Shown: in pieces, positions 1 to 10,490 of the stretch
Layout: each line of letters begins with the position of its first letter
How positions within the stretch are numbered: the stretch's first letter is position 1
Assembly (NCBI RefSeq): GCF_964355755.1
Contig: NC_092679.1
Coordinates: 6,292,201-6,356,200 of the forward strand
Direction: 5' to 3'
From: Antedon mediterranea
Lineage: Eukaryota > Animalia > Echinodermata
DNA length: 64,000 nt
Notes under the pieces: model-generated
Told to the model about the DNA's origin: nothing
Databases searched by the model: none
Seen by the model: only the letters and a program-made list of their open reading frames with translations
Translations under genes and position numbers: made by a program

Positions 1-350
1 TTTTAATATGATAATACAATACTGTGTAGAATATCTTTATTGTAAAATCGAACTCACCGTAAAAACTAAATTACATTGATTTTAATATATAGCCTATATA
101 TATAGGCCTATATACGACATATTTAATATTTGCAGTCAGTCTGTGAACCAGCTGATGGTTCAATCACAACAATGGTCAATCAAATTACGTTTATTGGATA
201 TAGTGTCAATTTTAAAGAATATTTTGACTTTTTAAAGGCGTTAATTGAGGGTTCCCAGCAGTTTAACCTCGGTATTAACAAATAAGTAGGCCTAATTTGC
301 AGTTTTAGTGCTCTAACTTCCTCAGGATGTTATTACATCAGTTCACTTAC

Positions 351-536
351 CTGTGATAACGACGCAATAGGTGCTTCATTTCTCTTGATCTCATCCACAA
401 CAAACGAATTGAATGATGGCCCTAGGCGATGCGCCGAAAGTAGTCCCAGGGAAAACATAAACGAGCCCGACGCTACCAACAGAATAAGGATGAAAGCGTA
501 TCGTAGAAAACTCCGTTTGTTGCCGTGACTCCCCAT
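351..536 (-). CDS. First coding exon of a probable type II membrane protein (gene continues beyond the left edge)
   Basis: ATG at 536 opens MGSHGNKRSFLRYAFILILLVASGSFMFSLGLLSAHR...SLSQ: a short basic tail, one hydrophobic segment and a stem. It ends at a strong donor CAG|gtaagt (350), 62 codons, phase 0. The architecture resembles Golgi glycosyl/sulfotransferases, but the family cannot be identified from this exon. Confidence 0.6.
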
Positions 537-2613
537 GATCACAAATGGTTTTACATAGAGTTTCATTAATGCTTTGAAAGTCCTAAGTGATAAAACATCA
601 TATAATGACGTCACGTCAAGTTCAGGCAGTTACCGATGTGCATAAGATCAAGTATGAATGTTTAGTAAGCAGATCGAACCAAGAAAAGCACTCAGCCACG
701 ATACCATTCCTCATCTGTATCCTACTGCCTCTGTAATGAGAATCAATGCGTATCATCAAAATAACAACAAAGAGTGCAGCGTAATGATCTGCTGTATATA
801 CAAACAAAATAAAGACAATTATCGTTCTGTTTTAGCAGACAATGCTTGCTGGTGGTACAGCTTGAAAGAAGCGGGTATCTCGACATACTGTACTCTTGTC
901 GTTTCTCAACCTATTAGTCTTATAAATATCCGGAAAAGACCACTAAACGCAATTAAAATGTCAAGCAATCGGGTTAAAAGATTCCTTCCCGTCCAATCCT
1001 GCCCAACAAGTAGCCGCCTACATACAACGTCTAATAAATTGTATTCATCATATTATTAAGTACATTTATTCTTGGCCTTTGATCATAGTCGAACCGATGA
1101 CGCACATACGGCGTTCTTGGCTGTAAACCTGGATCAGATCGCTTCTATGTACTGCATTAGGTTTTTATAACACATTATTATACCCACAGAAATACATAAA
1201 TGTCGTAATTAGAATGAGTATAAACGGAACTATAAATCAAACAACCGGTCGCATAAATACTGTCCAAGGCAATCTAATAACATGATGCTGAACTCCGAAG
1301 ATCAAAATGTATATATCTGTGGCTGCAACACGATCAATTACACGCCCGCCTGACGCCGAGTATGTGCATAGTATACAGTACTGTTGGTATTTGTTTTTCG
1401 CAGCCAGCCATAAGATCAAAGGACCGTTACGAGTTCCTATCTTGGCAAGACGAGCTCAGTGTTTTTAGATTGTTTTGGTCTGACCAATATAGGCCTAAGT
1501 TGACAGAAGACAGAACGCACTATTTACCAGACGAGGCCTACCTTACCTATAACTCAAACGCACTCCTACTAGAGTAATACACCTGTTTAAGACACCATCA
1601 TACACTCGGCGTTCTATCGGCTCTAAGGCTTTTATAAATTACGGAATATAGTGTATTGCAGAATACATAAATAATTTATTGCACCAATCTACGCAATACA
1701 AGCAATTGAAATTTGATTTGAGTTTCATAGTCTGCAGGGAATACGGTATTGAATTATAATTGCGAGCGAGCGGCATGTCATGTAATACACTTTGGTTTTA
1801 GAAAATTATTATTTTATGTAAGGTTTTTGAAACAGCAGTTCCTTGTTGTACATAGACAATTTTCATCATGCGCTTGGGGGCGGGTGGAGTGTGGAGTGAG
1901 GGGAGAATCACCAGTGAACCAGAAAATAAACATGTAACACAGAACGAATTTGCTGGGTTTTTTTTGCACATTAATGGTTTAGGCTTCGAAAAGGGAGGAA
2001 TGTAGTGAGTTTCTTCGTCAATCGCCCCATCCAAAATGACCAACCTAGCCAGTGCATTCTGTACAAAAACAGTGATTGTAGTAGGCCTAGGCCCTAATAT
2101 ATATCAAATATTTGTTACGCTAAACATACAACAAAACGCATTCAAAGACGACGCCCCCTGCAACAAAAAGTAGCCTAACTTACGCAACTTATCGAAACGC
2201 ACATGAGACTGAGAGGAACTTGGTCAAGGAATATCGCCTTATCTGTCTATTTAGAGCAGTGTATACTGTATAGCCAAGGGCAACAGGAAACCGACTAGCG
2301 TACTTTACCAATAATATCAGTGTTATCCATATGTAATATTGTCTAAAAGAAAACAATTATTGACATGACACAATAGTAACACTATAGCATGAAGAAAGCC
2401 AATAGACAACAACAGACAACAATAAAGTCGAAATCCGAATTGACAATACATTATACAACACACTAAAGACGAAGAAAGCCAATATACAACAATATGAAAA
2501 ATACAATAAGTCGAAATCCTAATGAATTGATTAGTATATGTTTATGCAAAGTATGATAACAATGGCTTAGAAAAAAACAGGTATAGGCGGAAGCTTTCTT
2601 TGAAAATAAATAT

Positions 2614-3760
2614 ATGGTATATTATAATGTACTAAATTCAAGCTATTTATATTATGTAATGAACATGGATAAACACCGTTGGCCTAACTTTATGCTTAAT
2701 ACGTGTCTAAATTCAACTACAAATGTAGAACCACGCTATAAGCTGATTCCCAGTTTTGCTATGACGTGTGCGTCTATTAATATGAACATCGACTCAATTT
2801 TCGAAACTTTCTACCTTGGCAATGACCCTGATAGTCATTGGGTTAAGAGATTTAAAGAGTTGATGCATGACACAAACATTGCATTTTGGACAAGTGAAAT
2901 GCTAAGAAAATCGTCACTCCAGACATACTCTCTTATTAAGTCTAATCCGTGCCTTGAAAAATATTTATTGGATTGTACAGATTTTCTAGGATCTAGCCTC
3001 AAATTCAAACTACGTTCTAACACCCTTCCTTTAGGTCACAGGAGTTGTAAGTGGCTTCCTGAATATGATGGTAACTGTAAAATGTGTAAGAATGGTTTAG
3101 AAGACATTCAACATTTTCTATTCACATGTAACCAACTCAATGGCATAAGGATTGAAGAATATACCAAATTAGAATATATGTTAATCGATATCAATCATTT
3201 AGATGTATGGGAAAATTTTATCTCTGGTGACCTGAACACCAAATTAAATCTTGTATTAGGTGGAACTGATAACTATACTATCATTATATGTATGACGTCG
3301 ATTCCATATCAAATGTCTTTGATTGTTACTGTAAGCACTATGTTAACAGAGCATGGGCACACAGATGTATTGTTCTAGGCGAGTAATGTTCATATCAATC
3401 AAACTAAATGATTGATATCTATCTCACTAAATGATCGATATCTATCTCATTATAGTGTTAGGTCTACATTGTTGTTGCCCAATTCATTTTATATTGTACA
3501 GTTCCTACCTATTCTATTATTGTTTATTTCTTGTAATTTTGTATTTTTAGGTGTCAGTGGGTTTCCTGCTGCTGTAGTTTTAATTATCAATGGTATTGTT
3601 TTGACATTTTGACCTACGTCAACTTTTTATTGTAATTGTTATTTTCTATATCATGTTGTTTTGTTTTTTTGTACATTTCTTTTGGATGCACCTTCCATTT
3701 GGTTGAGTGCCACTGTTGTAAAAGTGTAATCTCCAAATAAATTATTATTATTATTATTAG
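2614..3760 (+). mobile_element. 5'-truncated non-LTR retrotransposon (LINE) 3' end
   Basis: ORF 2614-3378 contains KFKLRSNTLPL...CKMCKNGLEDIQHFLFTC, the CxxC..E...HFLF.C zinc finger typical of LINE ORF2 C-termini. It is followed by a T-rich 3' UTR ending in aataaa plus a (TTA)n tail at about 3737-3759. Confidence 0.8.
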
Positions 3761-4502
3761 GCACCAAAATAAAAGTAAATAAATTGCTCGCAGAAAAATG
3801 TCATGACTTTATATTTTCGATTCTTCGTAATGTTGACTATACTCACTCGATACTTGGGCAGTGGGGAATCAAGGATAGGCCACTCTGATCTGATCTCTTC
3901 CTAAATTTTAAACAGTGCGGACTGTTCACAGAGCGGATACCCAGTAGTAGGGGAATTCCAGGCAACACCCGATAGATGGCATACGATGGTATTGCTGTAT
4001 GCTGTAGCCCGATATAGATGTCATCCGGCAAAAACTAGAGGTGCCATTTTACGTGCAAGAGTTCCATTTCCGGCCATCTAGGGATGCCATTTAACAAAAT
4101 TAAAATTCGCCACAGGTCCCACCAAGTATTACTCGGTATCCATACGACCCCCTAGATTTGTGGGCAACACCTTTAAAATAGTCCTGCGACTGCCTCTGCT
4201 TCTAGAAGAATTATTTACACCGTTTTCTAGCACTTAGTTAGGCCCAAACTTCATAAATTGGTAGAGTGCAAGTATGTATGCCTCCTATCTACACACAACT
4301 ATTAGTGATGATAGTATAACAACACACACGTCATTGCACCAATTTAGCGTATTGATAGCAGTAAGATTGCAACAATGTGACAATGTTCTCTGCCTGTTAA
4401 GCCTACAAAATAGTGGTGCTGAAGAGAAACGTTGGGGTCAGAAATACATAAATATATTCCCCCTTTGAAACCCACTACATCTATTAACAAGGCCAACAGC
4501 CA

Positions 4503-5208
4503 TTAAGTCGCGTGCTACAATGCATAGTGATACCGGACCGACAGACAAACAGACCGACAGACAGACAGACCGACAGACAGACGGACCGACCGACATAGTG
4601 AACTATACTGACCGAAATTACTGAACATGTTTAAAAATGTTGAAATGTTTAAAAACATTTATATTTTTTTAATTTACACGTGCGTAGCCTGTCACTTTTG
4701 ACGTGCTCGTATAACGTAATTTCGAGTTGAAAAGTAAGTCAAGAAAACAGAAATCGGGCAAGAAGAGTGCGCAATAACATTTAACGCGCAGTGCGCGCGC
4801 AAAAATCTGCGCACTCATGGCAATTTTGTAAACGCTTAAAATTGCCTGAAACGTACTCTTATTTCATCGAAAATAAATTTTAATTGTAATTATTGCCATA
4901 TGATGATTTATGCCCTGAAATTTATGAGTACCAAATTTTATTTAATTGTGATTCATGGTTGTTAAGATATGATTACAAACGTGATTTCGGTAAATCGTGC
5001 GTAGACCGCGTAATTTTTTATTGCGCACCGTGAAAACATAACCACATCGATTCCTGGCCATAAGGAATATTCTGTGAAAAATTGACTTAGCTAGATTAAA
5101 CTGATATCAAGATAAGGTCATAAAGCGATAAAACGCATAGTGATACCGGACCGACAGACAGACAGACAGACAGACCGACAGACAGACCGACAGACAGACA
5201 GACAGACC

Positions 5209-5239
<31 letters not shown>

Positions 5240-5288
5240 CGACCGACCGACATAGTGAACTATAGAGTCGCTTCCACGCGACTAAAAA
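4503..5288 (+). mobile_element. Helentron/DINE-1-like non-autonomous element (HINE) with (GACA)n microsatellites
   Basis: agtcgcgtg near 4506. The block gcatagtgataccggaccgacagac..(GACA)n..catagtgaactata occurs twice (about 4522-4606 and 5135-5263). A 3' stem-loop agtcgc-ttccac-gcgact is followed by an A-run at 5266-5288. Confidence 0.65.
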
Positions 5289-6547
5289 TTGGTTCCCACT
5301 AGGACGTGACGTAAGAAACGTAAGCCGCAACGCAATTGACTAATCAAAGGCGAAAGTTCGAGTAATTCAACGCTTTCGATTGGTCAGTTCGCTTACGAAC
5401 CTAAAATTCAGGCAACCACCGGGTGGTTTCTTTACAAACCGGAACTTTTAAGAAGATTTCGCTGTTGGATACAATTGAGACGATCCCTAAAATATTTCAC
5501 TAATGTTTTAGCACTGCGCATGGTCCACCAGGCAGTGGTCTTGTGACGTGGCTGAGTAGATCTTGCAGACAAAGAACTGCTGTATATAGGCCTACAACTT
5601 TATATACTCGTAGGATTATCGTTCCAAATACGGTAACAAATGATACGTAAATTAGTACGAATCAGCCAAAACGTTGTCAACATTGTATTGTATAGTGCAG
5701 TAATTATATAGATTGTATTCAATTACTGTAGTATTAAGCTAGGCTTGACCTCTAAGCCTACTCTAAGGTAGGCTAAAACCATATTTTCAGTGTATATAAT
5801 TACTAGATTTATGACTACAAGGGACTTAATTTTGTATTTAACTGTGTCATCTCTGAACTACCCTCCTCAAGCTCCCATGTCCTAACGCAACTCAAGAGCC
5901 AACGCAAAATATCGCACCCCCTCTCTTACGAGAAGTTGATTAATTTGCTGTAGGCCTATGTGGCGTGATGTTACGTCACGGTTCATGCAAATATAGGTAT
6001 TGTTCTTCAGCACTTTGTGTCGATACTTTGCGTATATACGTCCTTTCGTTGCGGATAGTAGTGGGAATCAAGATTTATACTTTTATTATTATTATTTCCC
6101 TATCATATCTATTTTTTATATTATCAAAATAATTCACACAAAAAATATTATATTGTGAATTATCATATATAATTATCATAAACAAAAATAACAGATTAAC
6201 ATTGTAAAACTCTATTATAACATGATGCCGCCGTGTGTGCGTTATAAAAAAAAGGTTAATTTCCCGGATGCGACGTATAGTACCTTTGCTTGAACCAGTG
6301 CTATTTTAAGAACTCGAAACGGTTAGGGTGCATTTTCTGGTGCCCAGAGGTCCATATTAAATTATTTCCTCTCTCATACCCCTTTACAAAACCCTGCATC
6401 TGCCCCACGGCCTATTAATGTAATATGTTAGCGCTCTCCTCTCCGAAGAACTTGTATACGGTCGTCACGACCTCTACCACATTCACAATGTTATAGCTAA
6501 CGAAAGCGCCTCAACAATCATTCTTCATAGGATAATTACGACATTTC

Positions 6548-6721
6548 TTAAGCTCTGTCTACACTATCAAACTATTTTGACAAAGAAGTGTGATGTGTCC
6601 AAATATGGTAGTGATATGCCCAAATATGTTAGTGATATGACATCATCATGTCCCATATAATAATGGGCACATCAGTTTTTTTTTAGTCACATACAGTTTG
6701 ATAAGTGTAGACTGAGCTTTA
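6548..6721. mobile_element. MITE family B (termini AGCTCTGTCTACACTATCAAAC), probably PIF/Harbinger-type
   Basis: Inverted termini agctctgtctacactatcaaac / gtttgataagtgtagactgagct flanked by TWA. Related copies at about 14408-14480, 20926-21310, 29604-29744, 29997-30156, 33497-33642, 50850-51003 and 61369-61502. Confidence 0.8.
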
Positions 6722-7497
6722 TGGAGATACAAAAACCCCTTATTCCAAATGACACTAGGCCTAGGCTACATATAGCGCACGTAAAACCAGAAAAATAAAC
6801 CCAAACATCACTAGTTAAGTTAGGAGACAATGTGTGCCTATACAGAAAGCGTGGCGGCCTAATTAATAGTTACACAGGCATACACATCACTAGCATCGAT
6901 ATTTTAAGATTGGATTCACATGTGTCGATATTCTCACGGGCCTGTTTAACCCAACTAGTGGTAATCCAGGTTAAAATGTGGGCGTCAGAAATACGTAAAT
7001 GCATGCCCCTTTTGAAACCTACCTTGAACAAGTTAACTGTTTAATTCTTAATTCCTCTGTTGATAGTTTATCATTAGGCTGAGATTAGTACAAAGTTCAG
7101 TCTAACTGATAATCACTGCAGCACGGTTCCGAAAGACACTGCGCACGCGTATAAAACGAAAATCAATACCGTATGGCAGTGTGTATACGTTGAATAGTGT
7201 GGTAACTCAAATCGCCATATAAATCGATTTTTTTTATTGTCCATACTGATTAGATGATTAAAATATATTTTATGCCATATGCTCATTAGAAAGTTAGCAT
7301 ATTGCGTCTTTATTACAGCGATAAAATGTATATATTTTCTGCGCATGTAAAATTAAATCGGTAGAGCTTCTTTTCGGGCTTGAAAAAAAAACATGTAAAC
7401 GTACCTACGTGTGAAACCAAGGTAATCTAACAGGGTGCTGAGGTCCAGACGGGAGATCAAAGGGTTTATCTGTGGCTGCGACACTACAGTTCCACCC

Positions 7498-7710
7498 TTA
7501 AGCCTGGTTCCCACTAGCGACGCAACGTAACGCAATCTACGCAACGTAAGAAAATGAATTTCCAATCATTGTTTTTGCCCCCGCCTGCGTGAAATCAAAC
7601 CTGCGATGTTTGCAGCACTATTGCGTCGTCGGTTCCCACTTGTGATTACGCAATACAGGACTTTGCGTCAATACGTCGTTGCGTTACGTTCTAGTGGGAA
7701 CCACGCTTAA
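7498..7710. mobile_element. MITE family A (termini AGCTTGGTTCCCACTAG), probably PIF/Harbinger-type
   Basis: Near-palindromic element ttaagcctggttcccactag...ctagtgggaaccacgcttaa. Related copies or fragments at about 5289-5400, 19984-20090, 42943-43100, 50548-50665, 51185-51355, 51570-51712, 54088-54245 and 56072-56170. Confidence 0.8.
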
Positions 7711-9596
7711 ACAGACACCGCGCGCCGTGGATAAGTGTACGCTACATGAGTAATAGTACTGTTGGTATTTGTCGCAGCCAGACATAAGATAAAAGACTGT
7801 TACTAGTTCATAAGATAACAAGGCGAGCCCAGTGTCCTGTTGTTAGATTCCTTGGTGAAACATGCACAGCACACGGTAATAAACCTCTGCAGAAAATAGG
7901 GAAATGTCGGATCAATCATTGTGATGGCGGTATACTTATAATTATAAATATGGATGAATAATATTGATTACACCGACGATATGTATTAAAAAATAAACAG
8001 GAACAAATAACTATATAAAACTCGTGATAGTGTATCCGTATTCGATTCTCTCATGATTGTGAGTTAATTTCGATATAGGCGCCCTACTTTTAAGAAAAAG
8101 CCTTTCGAATTAATCCGATCCTCTGCTTATACTGTATTAGCATAAGCATTTTTTTAAATAGAAATTTAATAGCGCAAAGGCTTGTAACATGATGTACAAC
8201 TATAATAATGAGAATGACATCACTTTCAATACTTTTATCCGTTACCTTATACAACCAAAGAGAAATAAAGCGAATAGAAACTCGCCATTGACACCCACTG
8301 CAAATCACATGGTAAAAAGTAATATAAATATGATAAAACGGATTTATTTTAACATTCAGTATCAATCAACGTTCAGTCATCGGTAGGCTACAAGATACCC
8401 GTTACACACGACGTGAAGAGAAGACATACGCAAATAACATACAGTCGGTGCAAAATACGAAGAGGAACCAAATTCAGAAGATAATCTGGAAACACCAAGG
8501 TAAAATTAATTTCCAATAAATAATAATAAATAAATTCTTTTTAAATAATGTATTTTGAATTATTTGACATATTAAAATAACATCGATGTTTTTTTTTCGA
8601 TTTACTATGATGTTGGTTCACGGAGTTATATTATACCTCCATGGTTAGTTATGTAACTTTGTATGTAGGCCTAACAAAGCCCCGTATGTAGCATAAATAG
8701 GCCCGGAGAGCATGAACAACACACGTGTTCCGATAACTAACCCACAATCTGGATTTCTGATTGGCTGCTGAAACGTCACAATTATTTAACAATGGGTACA
8801 ATGAGGTTGGCAAAAAATGAAGATACAAGATTTTGAAGAAGCGACGATATAGTCTGTCTAGTCATATTAAGTATCATCCTAATTATGGGTTATTTTTACC
8901 CATAATAAATACTCTATAAATATTTTAAGTGCAAGTCTAGTGAGTATAAAAATTGGAAAAAATGCAGACTGAGGTCATCTAGTTAACTTAACCGGATTGG
9001 ATCCGGGGATTTCCCTTTTCATGGATCTTCTGTCGATCGATGTTTGGCCTCCTTGCCATGACAACATGACAAACACACGTTATCAATCGCTTGATTAAGG
9101 GCGTATAATATTAGGTAATTAGATATTAATAGGGGGGGGGGGGGGAATTTTTATTTTGTAATGATTTATTTTCATACGCTTGTCGCTTGTTTCTTTCTAC
9201 ATATAAAACAAGTGTATACTGGGATTTAGTGGAAAAGCAAAACGTAATCAAACTATTTCTTGTGATGTGCTCAGCCCATTACCCCGCAAGTAAAACAGTT
9301 TTACAGGATACAACAAAAATAACATGTTTTTTTTTTGTTGTATTTCGTGATTGTAAAATGTTGTTTTTCCACGGTAATTATTTGGTAATTTTCATATACA
9401 CGAGGCTGGATTTTATCGTATAAGGTTTATTGTAAAAAGTTGACTTTTTGTAGTTTGGGTGCAGATAAGGCGACAATCGGATTTGTTCATTCAAAAACAT
9501 ATTGATTAGATAAATAGGTCTACATAAAAGGCAGACAACCGTTGTATTTGTATTACACTACAATTATTTTCTCTCTTAACAGATACCAACCAAGGA

Positions 9597-10490
9597 ATGA
9601 TGGATGTACAAAATGTAAAAATCATTGCATTGTTTGTTCTTCTGTTTGTGTGCTTAGTATGTGGTCTACTACCGTTGCTATGTTTTAAAAGACGCACACA
9701 CAGACAAACTGCTATACTCAATTTCTGTAACTGTTTCGCTGCAGGAGTATTTTTGGGGACATTCTTACTTCATCTTTTCCCCGAATCGCAGGAAGAAATC
9801 AAAGAAGCATTTCATAGCGATTTTAAGATATGCGAGACGATTGTCGCGGCTGGTTTTTTCTTGATATTGCTCATCGAGTGTGTAGCTATTCAGTGTCATG
9901 GAGAAACGAATGCGCAGCATAACGACGAAAGTCGTCCAATACTTAGCGAACAAGCCTCTAATCACAACGAAACGAGTTGTGACGCGGAAGTCCACGATCA
10001 TGGCAACATCTTCGAGAGCTCATCTACTCTACGATCGTTAATATTTCTTCTGGCGCTTAGTGTACATTCACTTTTTGAAGGTTTCGCTGTTGGGATCCAG
10101 GAAACGGTATCGGAAACTCTGCAACTATTACTGGCAATCGGAATTCATAAATGTGTGTTAGCATTCAGTTTTTCTACTAACCTAGCACGACAATATAACA
10201 TGACTATGCTAATGAAGGTATTGTTTTTAGTGATATTTAGCATATCCTCCCCGATTGGTGTTGCGATTGCGATTGCTATTGCAGTATCTGCGCAAGACTC
10301 GAATCATGCTCTTAACGGCATTTTACAGAGTCTGGCATCTGGAACCTTTCTTTACATTATATTTATAGAAATAGTTCCGACGTTGCAATTACATAAGCAT
10401 CGTGGGACATTAAAAGCATTGGTTATGATGGTTGGGTTTTGTGTTATGATTGGACTGCAGTTTGTTGGTGAGGAGGGCCATCATCATTAA
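9597..10490 (+). CDS. ZIP (SLC39A) subfamily II zinc/metal transporter, ZIP1/2/3-like; CDS in a single exon
   Basis: 297-aa ORF with multiple TM segments and ZIP motifs NCFAAGVFLGTFLLHLFPE, a His-containing loop (HDHG), LALSVHSLFEGFAVG, AIGIHK, SSPIG and LASGTFLYI.F.EI. An acceptor ttttctctcttaacag (9582) lies just upstream, and a probable 5' UTR exon ends near 8499 (AAG|gtaaaa). Confidence 0.93.
   Translation: MMDVQNVKIIALFVLLFVCLVCGLLPLLCFKRRTHRQTAILNFCNCFAAGVFLGTFLLHLFPESQEEIKEAFHSDFKICETIVAAGFFLILLIECVAIQCHGETNAQHNDESRPILSEQASNHNETSCDAEVHDHGNIFESSSTLRSLIFLLALSVHSLFEGFAVGIQETVSETLQLLLAIGIHKCVLAFSFSTNLARQYNMTMLMKVLFLVIFSISSPIGVAIAIAIAVSAQDSNHALNGILQSLASGTFLYIIFIEIVPTLQLHKHRGTLKALVMMVGFCVMIGLQFVGEEGHHH

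Noticed and set aside
658-1059. 133-aa ORF and other short ORFs in the track (for example 28101-28469, 43943-44263, 56922-57266)
   Set aside because: No recognisable domains or splice-consistent context; several lie within repeats or antisense to real exons.
4765-7146. Metal-response elements (TGCRCNC) regulating the ZIP gene
   Set aside because: Matches at about 4767-5028 lie inside a repeat element, and the one at about 7140 is isolated. There is no cluster near the likely TSS.
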